Below, in pieces: positions 45,854 through 56,233 of a stretch of 64,000 bases of DNA; the first letter of the stretch is position 1; each line of letters opens with the position of its first letter. Below the pieces are notes generated by a model. It was not told the DNA's origin, ran no database searches, and saw only the letters and a program-made list of their open reading frames with translations. Made by a program: the position numbers and the translations under genes. Location of the stretch: the NCBI GenBank assembly GCA_039189765.1, contig JBCCYL010000023.1:1-64000 (forward strand). Direction: 5' to 3'. This stretch comes from Cyanobacteria bacterium P01_F01_bin.150 (GTDB taxonomy: Bacteria; Cyanobacteriota; Cyanobacteriia; CAKZMO01).

Positions 45854-47311
45854 TTACAGATGGACAGAAGAACCGACATGGGAGGACATGCCACTGGCAG
45901 GCATGTCCCTCGCTTCAGACATCGGGACCGGTATCGTAGAAGCAATAGGATGATTAGTCCCATTACTCTGTGTGAGTGTTTTGAGCGGAGAAATAAGTGA
46001 AGATGCGATTTGAACGGCTTCACTCAATAGCTCTGGCACAGTCTCTAGACAATTAGGCGAGTATTCATTGGATAAGCGAAAGGACGATGATAAAGGGGGC
46101 TGTCGAGGGCTGGCTGATTGACTATCCGCATGGGTGGGATAGTTGGCCAGTGCCTCTAGGACCGGAGCAAGGCGTTTACGGGCATAGCTGCCGTAGGCGA
46201 CACCCGCCAGTGGGGGTCGAGGTAATAGATCTAGGCGTCGTAGGGTGGGAACGGTATGATCATTGGTTCCTCCTGCTAACTGAACAAACCCTGGGAGATG
46301 AGCTGCGATCGCCTTTTGGGCGAGCTGAACCGTCGCCCGAGTAGCACTTTTACCAATATCCCCACTCATAGGCCGACCGTCGGTTTGCCATAGTAAGGCT
46401 CCCGGTAAGGGCTGTCGCCCACCGTCCGTCATGATGTGGTGGAGCGATCGCAAATAACCTATGTAAGGATCATTATCACTGTAACTATCCGGACTTGCAC
46501 TATCCCCTTGGGCCTTGGGCACATCTGGGCAACTAATTGCCACCAACTTTAGGTGGTCAATATGGGGCCGGAGTTGACGCCAAAGGGTCCGGAATTGCTC
46601 AGTTCGGCCTACCTGTGTATGGATCTCAATAGCATCCACCTGAGGCAGCAGCGTTGGTGCAATCACAGCCGGTGACACCATGTAAGACTGGGCCTCAATA
46701 TGTTGAATTGGGCACACCGGCATACAGCGACCACAGCCGTAGCAACGCTCGCGAAGGACGCCCACCGGCAATGAAGCGGCACCTAAGTCTGATGCCTGTG
46801 CTCCTGACTCCAATATTGATGGTAAAGAGCCTGCCACTGATGACCCTGGTGACCAATCGGAGGGAAAGACAATGGCATCAGCAGGGCAAATGCGCTCACA
46901 TGGACGGCGGCAATCCGGAGGGCATCGTTCCGGATCAAAAGCTGCTTTACGGAAGTGAGGATCTTCACCATCGTTGAGGCTCACCATCAACCAAGGGGAT
47001 TGAATGGTTATATCCGAACTAAACTCAGGAGCAGAAGAATCTTGTTCAAACGGGCCGTAAATCCAGGAGCCAAGCAGATGACTAACGGATTGCTCCCTGA
47101 CTAGAGCCTTCATTGCTCGAATTCCTTCACGAGCAGACGCGACAACGGCAGGGTCGGCAGCGACGTCGATACAGTCAGCGCCCGCCAAAGCGTAAGCCAA
47201 TGTTAAATTTCTAACGTCGGGTAGATGCTGAAAGCTTGCACCACAGATTAGCTTAAACCAACAGCTATCCTGCAACGATTGTAGAGGATGAGAATATAGC
47301 AAATTAATCAC
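45854..47311 (-). CDS. ldpA: Circadian input 4Fe-4S protein LdpA
   Basis: WFKLICGASFQHLP, DGEDPHFRKA, CPPDCRRPCERICP, CYGCGRC..VCP, WQTDGRPMSGDIG. Confidence 0.92.
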   Translation of the reverse strand: MINLLYSHPLQSLQDSCWFKLICGASFQHLPDVRNLTLAYALAGADCIDVAADPAVVASAREGIRAMKALVREQSVSHLLGSWIYGPFEQDSSAPEFSSDITIQSPWLMVSLNDGEDPHFRKAAFDPERCPPDCRRPCERICPADAIVFPSDWSPGSSVAGSLPSILESGAQASDLGAASLPVGVLRERCYGCGRCMPVCPIQHIEAQSYMVSPAVIAPTLLPQVDAIEIHTQVGRTEQFRTLWRQLRPHIDHLKLVAISCPDVPKAQGDSASPDSYSDNDPYIGYLRSLHHIMTDGGRQPLPGALLWQTDGRPMSGDIGKSATRATVQLAQKAIAAHLPGFVQLAGGTNDHTVPTLRRLDLLPRPPLAGVAYGSYARKRLAPVLEALANYPTHADSQSASPRQPPLSSSFRLSNEYSPNCLETVPELLSEAVQIASSLISPLKTLTQSNGTNHPIASTIPVPMSEARDMPASGMSSHVGSSVHL

Positions 47312-47450
47312 CCTTAGCGGGTAATCACGACTCAGAACACCCATTGGGATGCCCCTTATGGTCAGTGTACTACGATCTCCAAAAGTTCTGCACGGAGGGC
47401 TTAGCATTTCGTCAAGCGTTTACCCTGGCCGTATTCCAGAATACACCGAA

Positions 47451-49841
47451 CTATTGGGCCATCCGTCGACCAATGGCTGTTGCCCAGCGATCGCCCATCG
47501 TCTCTACTCCCACATTAACCAGCTCTACTCCATCACTGGTTTTAATGCTGAATGATTGAGTGTCTCCAACCATCCCCAGGCTTTCCCAATGTTCCTTCAG
47601 ATTTTGGCTTAGATAGGTTTCCCAATCAGCAACATGCTCAGGAGCAACCGAGACGATAATTCTCGCCCCGCCTTCACCAAAGAGGACACGGTCCCAGCGT
47701 TGAGAAGCAGTGGAGGCGATCGCCAGCTTAATTTCAGCACCTTTGCGTTCACCGGAACCCAAACTAGCAATACACGATTCAGCCAGAGCAACGGCCAGCC
47801 CCCCCTCTGAGCTATCATGGGCCGACCGAATCCAGCCATTGGCAATACCCTCTCGGCAAGCAGTTTGCACCTGTTTTTCCAAATCAACATCCACCGTCGG
47901 TGGCTGGCCAGTTACCTTATGGTGAACAGTTGCTAGATATTCAGAACCGCCCAGTGTGATTAGCGAATCGACGGTTCCACCATCACCGACCGTCCATCCA
48001 GACCCTGCTCCCAATAGATAAATGATGTCTCCAGTTTGGTGCCAACTTTGGCCACAGGATTGACGTACATCGGTTAACAAACCCACCATTCCGACAACCG
48101 GGGTGGGATAAATTGGCTGAGGATTGCCATCAGAATCGAGCGTTTCGTTATACAACGAAACATTCCCCCCCGTAACGGGAGTGGAAAAGACCTCGCAGGC
48201 TTCAGCTAATCCTTTACAAGCATTAGCCAACTGCCAGTAGCCGATGGGCTTTTCAGGACTGCCAAAGTTAAGATTGTCCGTGACCGCCAAAGGCTCAGCC
48301 CCCACACAGCTCAGGTTACGAGCCGCTTCTGCCACCGCCATTTTTGCCCCCTCATAGGGATTTAAATAGACATAGCGAGGATTACAGTCCAGCGTCGAGG
48401 CAATACCGCGTACACAGTCTTGAGGGTTAGCCGCAGGGGTAATGGATTGGGGCCGAATGCGGACAACAGCCGCATCAGCCCCTCCCGGAAAACACACCGT
48501 GTTGTTTTGAACCTGATGGTCATATTGGCGATAGACCCACTGCTTAGAAGCAACCGTTGGGCTATCCAGAATAGTTAACAATACCTCAGACCAAGATCTA
48601 TTTTGACCATCAACTTGAATCCCCTGCACCGTCGCATCTGGCAGCTGATCATCGGTCCATTTCCATGCCGATTGAGCGTAGGCAGGCGGTTCCGCCATAA
48701 GCTCATGGTGATAAATTGGCGTATTATCAGCCAAGGCTGTTGCCGGAATTTCAGCCGCCACCTCATCTTCAAATAAAATACGCACAACTGGCTCTTCAAT
48801 CACCGTTCCAGCCACCACAGCATGGAGTTCCCAACGATGAAAAATATCAATTAGCTCCTGTTCACGGCCTTTTTCCGCCACAAACAACATACGTTCCTGG
48901 GACTCGGACAACAGATATTCGTACGGCACCATGCCCGTTTCTCGATTTGGAATCAAATCAAGGTCCAGTTCAATCCCCAAATTTCCCTTTTGGGCCATTT
49001 CGGCGGTGGAGCAGGTAATTCCAGCCGCCCCCATGTCTTGAGCGGCTACCACCGCTCCGGTCTTGAAAGCTTCCAAACAAGCTTCAATCAAGGATTTCTC
49101 TAAAAACGGATCGCCTACCTGCACCGCTGGCCGATCATCCATCGATTCATCAGTCAACTCTGCACTAGCAAAGCTGGCTCCACCCATACCGTCTCTACCG
49201 GTGGTCGAACCGACATACAGAACTGGATTGCCCACTCCCGACGCTCCAGCCTTAACAATTTCATCCGTTTCCATCACACCAATAGCCATGGCATTTACCA
49301 ATGGATTGCCGCTATAGGCTGGGTCAAAAAACACTTCTCCTCCCACTGTTGGGACTCCTACGCAGTTTCCATAATGGGAGATACCTGCGACCACACCACT
49401 AAATAAACGACGAGTGTTGGCATCATCTAAAGATCCAAAGCGCAGGGAGTTTAGAACAGCAATTGGCCTAGCCCCCATGGTGAAGATGTCACGGAGAATG
49501 CCGCCTACGCCAGTGGCAGCTCCCTGAAACGGCTCCACTGCGGAGGGATGGTTGTGGGATTCAACCTTAAAGGCAATCCGATAGCCATCACCAGCATCAA
49601 TTACCCCAGCATTTTCTCCGGGACCAACCAGAATGCGATCGCCCTCAGTGGGAAATTGACTCAGCAAAGGCCGAGAATTTTTATAGCAGCAGTGCTCAGA
49701 CCACATCACTCCAAACATACCCAATTCGGCCTTGTTCGGATGGCGCCCTAACCGCTGAACAATATCTTCGTACTCAACGGGCTTAATGCCTTCGGATGCA
49801 ATTTCTTCAGGAGAGAACGGTGCAGTAGCGAGTGCAGACAT
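47451..49841 (-). CDS. purL: Phosphoribosylformylglycinamidine synthase subunit PurL
   Basis: [46 protein letters not shown]. Confidence 0.97.
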   Translation of the reverse strand: MSALATAPFSPEEIASEGIKPVEYEDIVQRLGRHPNKAELGMFGVMWSEHCCYKNSRPLLSQFPTEGDRILVGPGENAGVIDAGDGYRIAFKVESHNHPSAVEPFQGAATGVGGILRDIFTMGARPIAVLNSLRFGSLDDANTRRLFSGVVAGISHYGNCVGVPTVGGEVFFDPAYSGNPLVNAMAIGVMETDEIVKAGASGVGNPVLYVGSTTGRDGMGGASFASAELTDESMDDRPAVQVGDPFLEKSLIEACLEAFKTGAVVAAQDMGAAGITCSTAEMAQKGNLGIELDLDLIPNRETGMVPYEYLLSESQERMLFVAEKGREQELIDIFHRWELHAVVAGTVIEEPVVRILFEDEVAAEIPATALADNTPIYHHELMAEPPAYAQSAWKWTDDQLPDATVQGIQVDGQNRSWSEVLLTILDSPTVASKQWVYRQYDHQVQNNTVCFPGGADAAVVRIRPQSITPAANPQDCVRGIASTLDCNPRYVYLNPYEGAKMAVAEAARNLSCVGAEPLAVTDNLNFGSPEKPIGYWQLANACKGLAEACEVFSTPVTGGNVSLYNETLDSDGNPQPIYPTPVVGMVGLLTDVRQSCGQSWHQTGDIIYLLGAGSGWTVGDGGTVDSLITLGGSEYLATVHHKVTGQPPTVDVDLEKQVQTACREGIANGWIRSAHDSSEGGLAVALAESCIASLGSGERKGAEIKLAIASTASQRWDRVLFGEGGARIIVSVAPEHVADWETYLSQNLKEHWESLGMVGDTQSFSIKTSDGVELVNVGVETMGDRWATAIGRRMAQ

Positions 49842-49968
49842 ATCAAACCTCTGGAACCCTGGGTGATAAGCAAACAAGGTTCCATTTTATAGGAAACATG
49901 ACAAGAACCTGACCACAACATAGAACATATCTATTGCGTAAGCCTTCTTCATAATCACTCACTCTTTA

Positions 49969-50048
49969 GGGGTTCCAACGTAAAGCGGAACAGGTTGGTG
50001 GGAAATGGGGGCACGACGCGCCCCCATTTCCCGCCTTAAGTTGATACT
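49969..50048 (+). repeat. ~80-bp structured dispersed repeat
   Basis: GGTTCC..GGAAC hairpin; GGGAAATGGGGGC..GCCCCCATTTCCC hairpin; GCCTTAAGTTGATAC. Confidence 0.78.
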
Positions 50049-50360
50049 CGCCTTTAGCAAGCAAAATTATATCTAGCCATACGCAGTAATAAATATCCAA
50101 TTTTCCTGACATTTAATTGCAGAATTGAACAATGAGTAGGAAATGTACATATCTGAAAATACAAGCAAGAGTAGAATGGCATCATCGTTCTGCCTTTGCC
50201 CCTCGACTGCTAGCGCCATAGCAACAGTCTCTTGTCAACGCTGTGGCGAATCTATCCATCAAGAGGTATTATGTTTTATTAACGTTTGTGAAGTTAAAGT
50301 CTACAATATGCAATTGCTAGTGGACTAGTCGGTGTATCAATTTATCTGACCTTTTATTTC

Positions 50361-51533
50361 TTGGAAATTAATAGTTTGATAGTCAAGTTTACTCGCAATG
50401 CTAAGCATCCATTTCTTCTATGGAGCAGTCTTGTAATCAGTACTGCTGTAAGTGTCTGTTTAATAGCTCCAGCCCAGGCTCAGAGAGCATCCTGGAGAAT
50501 AGCTCAAGGCACATTGGAAACGACGCAGGCCGCACAGAGTAGCGAAGGGCAGATTAATGAGCAGATTAACGATTTGTTGCGCCAAGCTCGTGAACTAGCA
50601 GATTCTCAGCAATTTGCGCAAGCACTGGAACTCTATGAGCGTGCTTCTATTTTGGAGCCTGATAATGCCCGTATTTTTTCAGGTATTGGGTATTTACAGA
50701 CTCGGCAAGATAATCATCTTGCCGCGATTGCAGCCTACCAGAGAGCGATCGCCATTGAACCTGATGACGTGCATTTTTTGTATGCTCTAGCTCATAGTCT
50801 TGCCTGGGCTGGAGATGACGCCGAGGCAGCCCAATCTTATCAACGAGTGTTAACCCTGGACAATGAAAATGTAAATGCATGGCAGGGGCTTGGCGTTGTG
50901 GCCATGCGACTCAATGATTTTGACACTGCCATGACAGCCTTTCAAAAAGTGGCAGAGTTACAACCAGACAATGTAGATGTTCAAGAGTTTATTGCAGCAC
51001 TTCTAATTAAGCAAGAGCTTTATGAAGATGCCATTAACATCCTAAAGCAAGCAGAGTCTGTCGTTCCCCGTCGAGGCAGCATTCATCTGAACCTTGGAGT
51101 GGCTTGGGTCAACTTAAATGATATTGACGCTGGATTAGAGGCATTCCAGCGAGCAGCGGAAGTTTCTCCTTTAGATCCACGCCCTCACTTACAAATCGGG
51201 GACATTTTGCGTGCTCAAGATGACTTGGCAGGAGCAGTTCGTTCTTACCAAAGAGCAGCAGCCTTAGATCCAACATCCATTGAGGCTCAAGCATTGGTCG
51301 GAGACGTTTACTTCCAAAAAGAAGATTATTTAAGAGCAGTCGTTGCCTATCGTGAAGTTATTACTCTAAACCCCAATGAACCAGAGGCTTATTATCAGCT
51401 AGGGCGAGCACTCCAAAAGCGCGATCGCACGGATGAAGCAATGGAGGCATATAGTCGTGCCCGTCAACTTTTTGAGCAGCAGGGCAAACAAGATGGCGTC
51501 GAAAGAGTTGAGGACCGACTCGCAGATTTTTAA
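50361..51533 (+). CDS. Exported TPR repeat protein (start uncertain)
   Basis: Signal-like segment ending AQA; multiple 34-aa TPR units. Confidence 0.85.
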   Translation: MEINSLIVKFTRNAKHPFLLWSSLVISTAVSVCLIAPAQAQRASWRIAQGTLETTQAAQSSEGQINEQINDLLRQARELADSQQFAQALELYERASILEPDNARIFSGIGYLQTRQDNHLAAIAAYQRAIAIEPDDVHFLYALAHSLAWAGDDAEAAQSYQRVLTLDNENVNAWQGLGVVAMRLNDFDTAMTAFQKVAELQPDNVDVQEFIAALLIKQELYEDAINILKQAESVVPRRGSIHLNLGVAWVNLNDIDAGLEAFQRAAEVSPLDPRPHLQIGDILRAQDDLAGAVRSYQRAAALDPTSIEAQALVGDVYFQKEDYLRAVVAYREVITLNPNEPEAYYQLGRALQKRDRTDEAMEAYSRARQLFEQQGKQDGVERVEDRLADF

Positions 51534-51764
51534 CTTTTGTTGCGAATCATAACATCATGTGGCAACTCTAGACAATTCTTATATGCTCTGAGCCAATTTG
51601 CTTGGTATCCTTTACAGGCGCATGGATCGTTATCTGCTTGCAAAGTGAATCACAATCCTGCGAGAGGAGTTCTGATTTCCGATATTACTTTGCGGCAGAA
51701 ATGCGACATGTGATTGACAGGCTTATAGTCTGCATCGTATGCGAACATATAGGGCAAGCAAGCA

Positions 51765-52844
51765 ATGGTAGATTCTCTCAAAAAACCAGCAGAATTTGAT
51801 GAGATGCGTCCTGGAGTGAAGGCTCCAGCGAAGGAAACAATTCTTACGCCTCGTTTTTACACAACTGACTTTGAAGAAATGGCCGCAATGGACGTCTCTA
51901 TCAATGAGGACGAACTGCGTGCGATTTTGGCAGAGTTTAAGGTTGACTACAATAGACACCACTTTGTTCGAGACGAAGAGTTCAATCAATCCTGGGACCA
52001 CATTGATGGTGAAACTCGCAGGCTATTTATTGAGTTTCTGGAGCGATCCTGTACGGCTGAATTTTCAGGATTCTTGCTCTACAAGGAGCTGTCTCGTCGT
52101 CTCAAGAAAACAAATCCTCTGTTGGCAGAGGGCTTTAAGCTGATGTCTCGTGATGAGGCTCGTCACGCTGGATTCTTAAACAAGGCTCTTGCTGACTTTA
52201 ATCTAACCTTGGATTTGAGCTTCTTAACAAAGAACCGTAGCTATACCTTCTTTAAGCCCAAGTTCATCTTCTATGCCACGTTTTTGTCGGAAAGAATTGG
52301 CTACTGGCGCTATATCACTATCTATCGTCACCTAGAGGCAAGCCCTGAGAACCGGGTTTATCCTATCTTCCGCTTCTTTGAAAACTGGTGTCAGGATGAG
52401 AACCGTCATGGTGACTTTTTTGATGCGGTAATGCGTGCCCGTCCTGATATCTTGAACGACTGGAGAGCACGCCTATGGTGTCGGTTCTTCCTACTGTCGG
52501 TATTTGCCACGATGTACTTGAACGATATTCAGCGTTCAGGATTCTACGAGGCTCTGGGTATCGATGCCCGTGAGTACGATATGTTTGTAATCGAGAAAAC
52601 AAACATAACTGCAGGGCGAGTATTTCCCGTCATTCTAGATGTTAACCATCCTCAGTTTTACGCTCGTCTAGATACCTGTACGGAAAATAATAGTCGTTTG
52701 GCTGAGATTGCTGAGTCAGATGGGTGGAAACCTGTGAAGTTCCTCAGAAAACTGCCACTTTATCTGTCTAATGCTTGGCAGCTAATAATGCTCTATTTCA
52801 TCAAGCCTCTTGATCCAACAAAGCTTGAAGGAGAAGTGCACTAA
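51765..52844 (+). CDS. acsF: Mg-protoporphyrin IX monomethyl ester oxidative cyclase
   Basis: [47 protein letters not shown]. Confidence 0.97.
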   Translation: MVDSLKKPAEFDEMRPGVKAPAKETILTPRFYTTDFEEMAAMDVSINEDELRAILAEFKVDYNRHHFVRDEEFNQSWDHIDGETRRLFIEFLERSCTAEFSGFLLYKELSRRLKKTNPLLAEGFKLMSRDEARHAGFLNKALADFNLTLDLSFLTKNRSYTFFKPKFIFYATFLSERIGYWRYITIYRHLEASPENRVYPIFRFFENWCQDENRHGDFFDAVMRARPDILNDWRARLWCRFFLLSVFATMYLNDIQRSGFYEALGIDAREYDMFVIEKTNITAGRVFPVILDVNHPQFYARLDTCTENNSRLAEIAESDGWKPVKFLRKLPLYLSNAWQLIMLYFIKPLDPTKLEGEVH

Positions 52845-52929
52845 ACAAGTACGTTTCTAGGAGATTAAATAGCGGAGTAATATTACCCCGTTATTTCATT
52901 CCATCTTGCTTAGGATAGAAGCCAAGGTA

Positions 52930-52997
52930 AGGAGAAACAAGTTTGCGGGGAATAGGACGCACATTGCCCTCCATTTCCGGCCTTAGTTTGACGTCCC
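52930..52997 (+). repeat. Degenerate copy of the structured dispersed repeat
   Basis: GAAAC..GGGGAATAGGACGC..GCCCTCCATTTCCGGCCTTAGTTTGAC resembles the 49969 copy. Confidence 0.45.
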
Positions 52998-53291
52998 CCT
53001 TCTTAGTCATAGAGCACAGGCAATGTATGGATTGTGCCAAATTTATTTCTCCATGGCGCATGTTATCATCTTTAGAAAAGATAAAATCCTCTGGAAAGCT
53101 TTAGGGTCCAGGGGATTTTATGTGAGATGGGTTCAATACAGAGCAGTACTAGCGATTATTAAGCCGGTTAAAATTCCTCAATAAAGGGGTTTGGTTCTAG
53201 GGTGAAATTAAGCATAGACGGTAATCGAAGCTCAATAGCCCTTACCCCAGCGTTCAACTTTGATATTAATGTACGACAAGGAGCAAATAAT

Positions 53292-53618
53292 ATGGATGGA
53301 ATTGGAGTATGGGTGGCGATCGCCTACGGAGTCCTTGCCGCCGTTGGAGGCGTAGTCGGCTATCGTAAAGTCAAAAGTAAAATGTCGTTGATTTCTGGAT
53401 TAGTCAGCGGTATTTTACTGATTGTTAGTGGAGCGATCGCTCAAAGTGGCATCATGTTGGGCTACTGGTCTGCTATAGTCGTGACGTCGCTTCTATTAGT
53501 CGTATTTTCCATGCGTCTGATCAAGACTAAGAAATTTATGCCTGCGGGGGTAATGCTGATTGCGGGCATTGTTACCCTTGCAACCTTTGGCTGGGATAAG
53601 CTATCGGCAATCAGCTAA
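53292..53618 (+). CDS. TMEM14 family small membrane protein
   Basis: AYGVL..VGG..GY.K.KS..SLISG, KKFMPAG. Confidence 0.88.
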   Translation: MDGIGVWVAIAYGVLAAVGGVVGYRKVKSKMSLISGLVSGILLIVSGAIAQSGIMLGYWSAIVVTSLLLVVFSMRLIKTKKFMPAGVMLIAGIVTLATFGWDKLSAIS

Positions 53619-53641
53619 GCCTAAGCCCTTGCAAAAGAATT

Positions 53642-53686
53642 AAACAGGCGGTGTGGATGAGAGCCATTCACACTGCCTGTTTTTTT
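53642..53686 (+). terminator. Rho-independent terminator
   Basis: AAACAGGCGGTGTGGATG..CATTCACACTGCCTGTTT followed by a T-run. Confidence 0.75.
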
Positions 53687-53955
53687 ACATTTAGCTTTAC
53701 GTAAAAACTGCGCTTACATAGATTGCTATACACATCGATCCGGAATCTTAAGCTCTTCCCCTGAAGCATATCGTGGAATGAATTGGCAAGATGAACATAG
53801 TACAAACAAATACAAGCGTGAAGATAATTCTATAAATGGACAGATGTGTCCATAAGAAGTGCCAATTTCAATACAGACAATGGAACGTGGAGGCGGGCTT
53901 CGCCCATCTCCACGTTCCAAAATCAAACCGGATCACTATACATGAGGTAAATAAT

Positions 53956-54195
53956 ATGTCTGCCCCTTTTTCACCTCTGCAACGATTTGCGATTGGTGCT
54001 GGATTAAGTAGCGTCATGGTTCTGTTCTTTTTCTTGACTTCCATGTATGCGACTCACAAGTCTTTAGGAGATATGGGAAGTGTTCAAGTGGGCGTGGCGA
54101 TCGCCCTCCCTCTTTTCTGTGGAGTTATTGCAGCCATCAAAAACGACAAGTTTCTTGAGCGTTTGGCTAACGTCTTAGAAAACTTACACCTATAG
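53956..54195 (+). CDS. Small hypothetical membrane protein
   Basis: GAGG before ATG 53956; two TM segments. Confidence 0.6.
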   Translation: MSAPFSPLQRFAIGAGLSSVMVLFFFLTSMYATHKSLGDMGSVQVGVAIALPLFCGVIAAIKNDKFLERLANVLENLHL

Positions 54196-54299
54196 CGGAT
54201 AGCTGTAGACACTTTTATTAAGATGAGACGTTTCTGTGGGGGATTGAAGCCTCCACAGAAAGACGCCCTAACCAATGTGACCATAGCTATTTCAACCGG

Positions 54300-54378
54300 A
54301 GAGTTTCGCGTTAAAACGAAACCAAATGAACGGTCTTGTGCGACCTTCGCACTCTACGATTGGCCTAAAGTTGATCCC
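54300..54378 (+). repeat. Structured dispersed repeat copy with first hairpin in inverted orientation
   Basis: GTTTCGCGTTAAAACGAAACC..AACGGT..GCCTAAAGTTGATC. Confidence 0.65.
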
Positions 54379-54458
54379 CCTTCAACATGGTAGATTAAAA
54401 CCCTAATGACATAATAAAGAGGATACCCATTATTTAATCATTAGGACATCCTTCTCCC

Positions 54459-55133
54459 GTGACAAACTTGCCGACAAACCCCTCTACTCTCCTTCGTCCG
54501 GGGCAACGGACAAAGTTAGACGAATCAGACGATACTCTGTTCTATGACTATCCTCGGTTTGTTACCCATGTTGATGATGGATTTATTCAACAATTGACCG
54601 CGCTGTATCGCGATCGCCTCCAACCTCAATTTCATATTTTAGATATGATGAGTAGCTGGGTCTCACACTTGCCTGACGATGTAGAGTTTGATTCTGTGAT
54701 TGGTCACGGTTTAAATGAAGAAGAATTAGCTCGTAACCCCAAATTCGATCGTTACGTCGTTCAAAACCTAAACCAGAGTCAAACCCTACCCTTTGGGGAT
54801 CAACAATTTGATGCGGTACTCAACGCCGTGTCTGTTCAATACCTCCAGCAGCCTGAGGCAATTTTCGCTGAGATTTATCGAGTCCTAAAGCCAAATGGAA
54901 TTTCGATTATCAGCTTTTCCAATCGGATGTTTTATCAGAAGGCAATCCAGGCATGGCGAGACGGTTCTGAACGCCAGCGGGTAGGATTGGTCAAAAAATA
55001 TTTCCAGTCTGTTAAAGGCTTTACGGAGCCTGAGATCCTTGCCAAAACGTCATCAGTTCCTATCATTTTACAAATGATAGGGATGGGGGGAGGTGATCCA
55101 TTCTATGCAGTAGTGGCCCGTAAAGGCTCCTAG
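54459..55133 (+). CDS. Class I SAM-dependent methyltransferase (conserved in cyanobacteria)
   Basis: FYDYPRFVTHVD, LDMMSSWVSHLP, SFSNRMF..KA. Confidence 0.88.
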   Translation: MTNLPTNPSTLLRPGQRTKLDESDDTLFYDYPRFVTHVDDGFIQQLTALYRDRLQPQFHILDMMSSWVSHLPDDVEFDSVIGHGLNEEELARNPKFDRYVVQNLNQSQTLPFGDQQFDAVLNAVSVQYLQQPEAIFAEIYRVLKPNGISIISFSNRMFYQKAIQAWRDGSERQRVGLVKKYFQSVKGFTEPEILAKTSSVPIILQMIGMGGGDPFYAVVARKGS

Positions 55134-55207
55134 AAGATGATAGTTATGATGACACATCATCTAATCCCCTATTTCAAGAGGCAGAGCAGATATTTGTACT
55201 GAGAACC

Positions 55208-55519
55208 CTACAGATACGCCTGGATGTCTTCACCACAGGTATCAGCCAAATAACATAGGGCGCGGAAGCGAAGACCTACAAGCTGATCATACAAAGGATT
55301 CAATTTGCAGAGGGGTGGAATATAGAACAGAGTACGTCCCATAACGTTAACGTCTCGCTCAAAAGGACACTGGGAAGGGATCAGGCGAGCAAAACGATGG
55401 GCAGCCCTAGGGTCTTGAATCTCAATACTGTCGATCCAATTGCGGATAGGAGCCAAGGGGTCAAAGATTTTTTTCCAGGGAATCAATGCAGACTGCGATC
55501 TGACTATTGAAGAGCGCAT
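55208..55519 (-). CDS. Mo-dependent nitrogenase C-terminal domain-containing protein
   Basis: IPSQCPFERD, IPPLCKLNPLYDQLVGLRFRALCYLAD. Confidence 0.88.
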   Translation of the reverse strand: MRSSIVRSQSALIPWKKIFDPLAPIRNWIDSIEIQDPRAAHRFARLIPSQCPFERDVNVMGRTLFYIPPLCKLNPLYDQLVGLRFRALCYLADTCGEDIQAYL

Positions 55520-56050
55520 AACTTCAGTAACCTCGATACGTTGTATGTTGAAGAGAAATGTACGTTCCTATATTGAAGATACAAACAGAACATGCCTATT
55601 TCTTGAAGGAATTTGAAAATCTCACCAGTCTTTTCTAAAGCTCAGATAAATTATTCAAACCTCATAAATGCACCAAGCCTATTACCCTCAAGATACACTC
55701 CTAAAGCTATTAGGAACCCGCGATATTTACGGATGTATTTAACCTAAGTTTGCCCGCTATGTCAGCTAGGGTAAACCTTAGCATCCTGTACACAATCCTA
55801 TATTGACGGATCTATCGCTTTCTGAAGATAAGACTGGCTGATTATCGACTTGCGATCACATTTGCCAGAAAAAATACGCATTAGTTACTTAAAAAGATAA
55901 GGGTATTTTTTGTATCAAAGACAACATTTTTCAAACCAATATTGGCTCAAGTCCGTCTCTTCTTCGGACATAAAGCACAATCTTCCCGTCTTACATTATA
56001 TTTAAGTCCATTTTTTATTCTGTCATCTGTTTGACAAAATGAGCCTAAGT

Positions 56051-56131
56051 CCGGATTTCATTTTAAGGCGAAATAAAATTAACGGTAGTGGGGCGCGATG
56101 TGCCCCCACTACCCACCGAAAGTAGATATCC
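56051..56131 (+). repeat. ~80-bp structured dispersed repeat
   Basis: GGATTTCATTTTAAGGCGAAAT-AAAATT-AACGGTAGTGGGG..CCCCACTACCCACCGAAAGTAGATATC. Confidence 0.78.
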
Positions 56132-56168
56132 CTAAATTCTAAAAATCTTTGGAAAAGGGGTTTCAAAT

Positions 56169-56197
56169 AAAAACCGCAGAGGAATTTCCCTCTGCGG
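56169..56197 (-). terminator. ileS terminator
   Basis: CCGCAGAGG..CCTCTGCGG stem followed by a T-run on the minus strand. Confidence 0.75.
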
Positions 56198-56233
56198 CCT
56201 GCTCAAACATAACACTAAAGTTGCCAGAAGCGA

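Noticed and set aside
55208..55519. Nitrogen fixation gene
   Set aside because: The domain name is historical; this small stand-alone protein is common in cyanobacteria and no nif genes are present.
10163..56131. Calling the dispersed repeats an integron cassette array or dif sites
   Set aside because: Orientation is mixed, they flank housekeeping genes, RYYYAAC/GTTRRRY ends are not consistently placed, there is no XerD-like TTATGTTAAAT arm, and no integrase is in the window.
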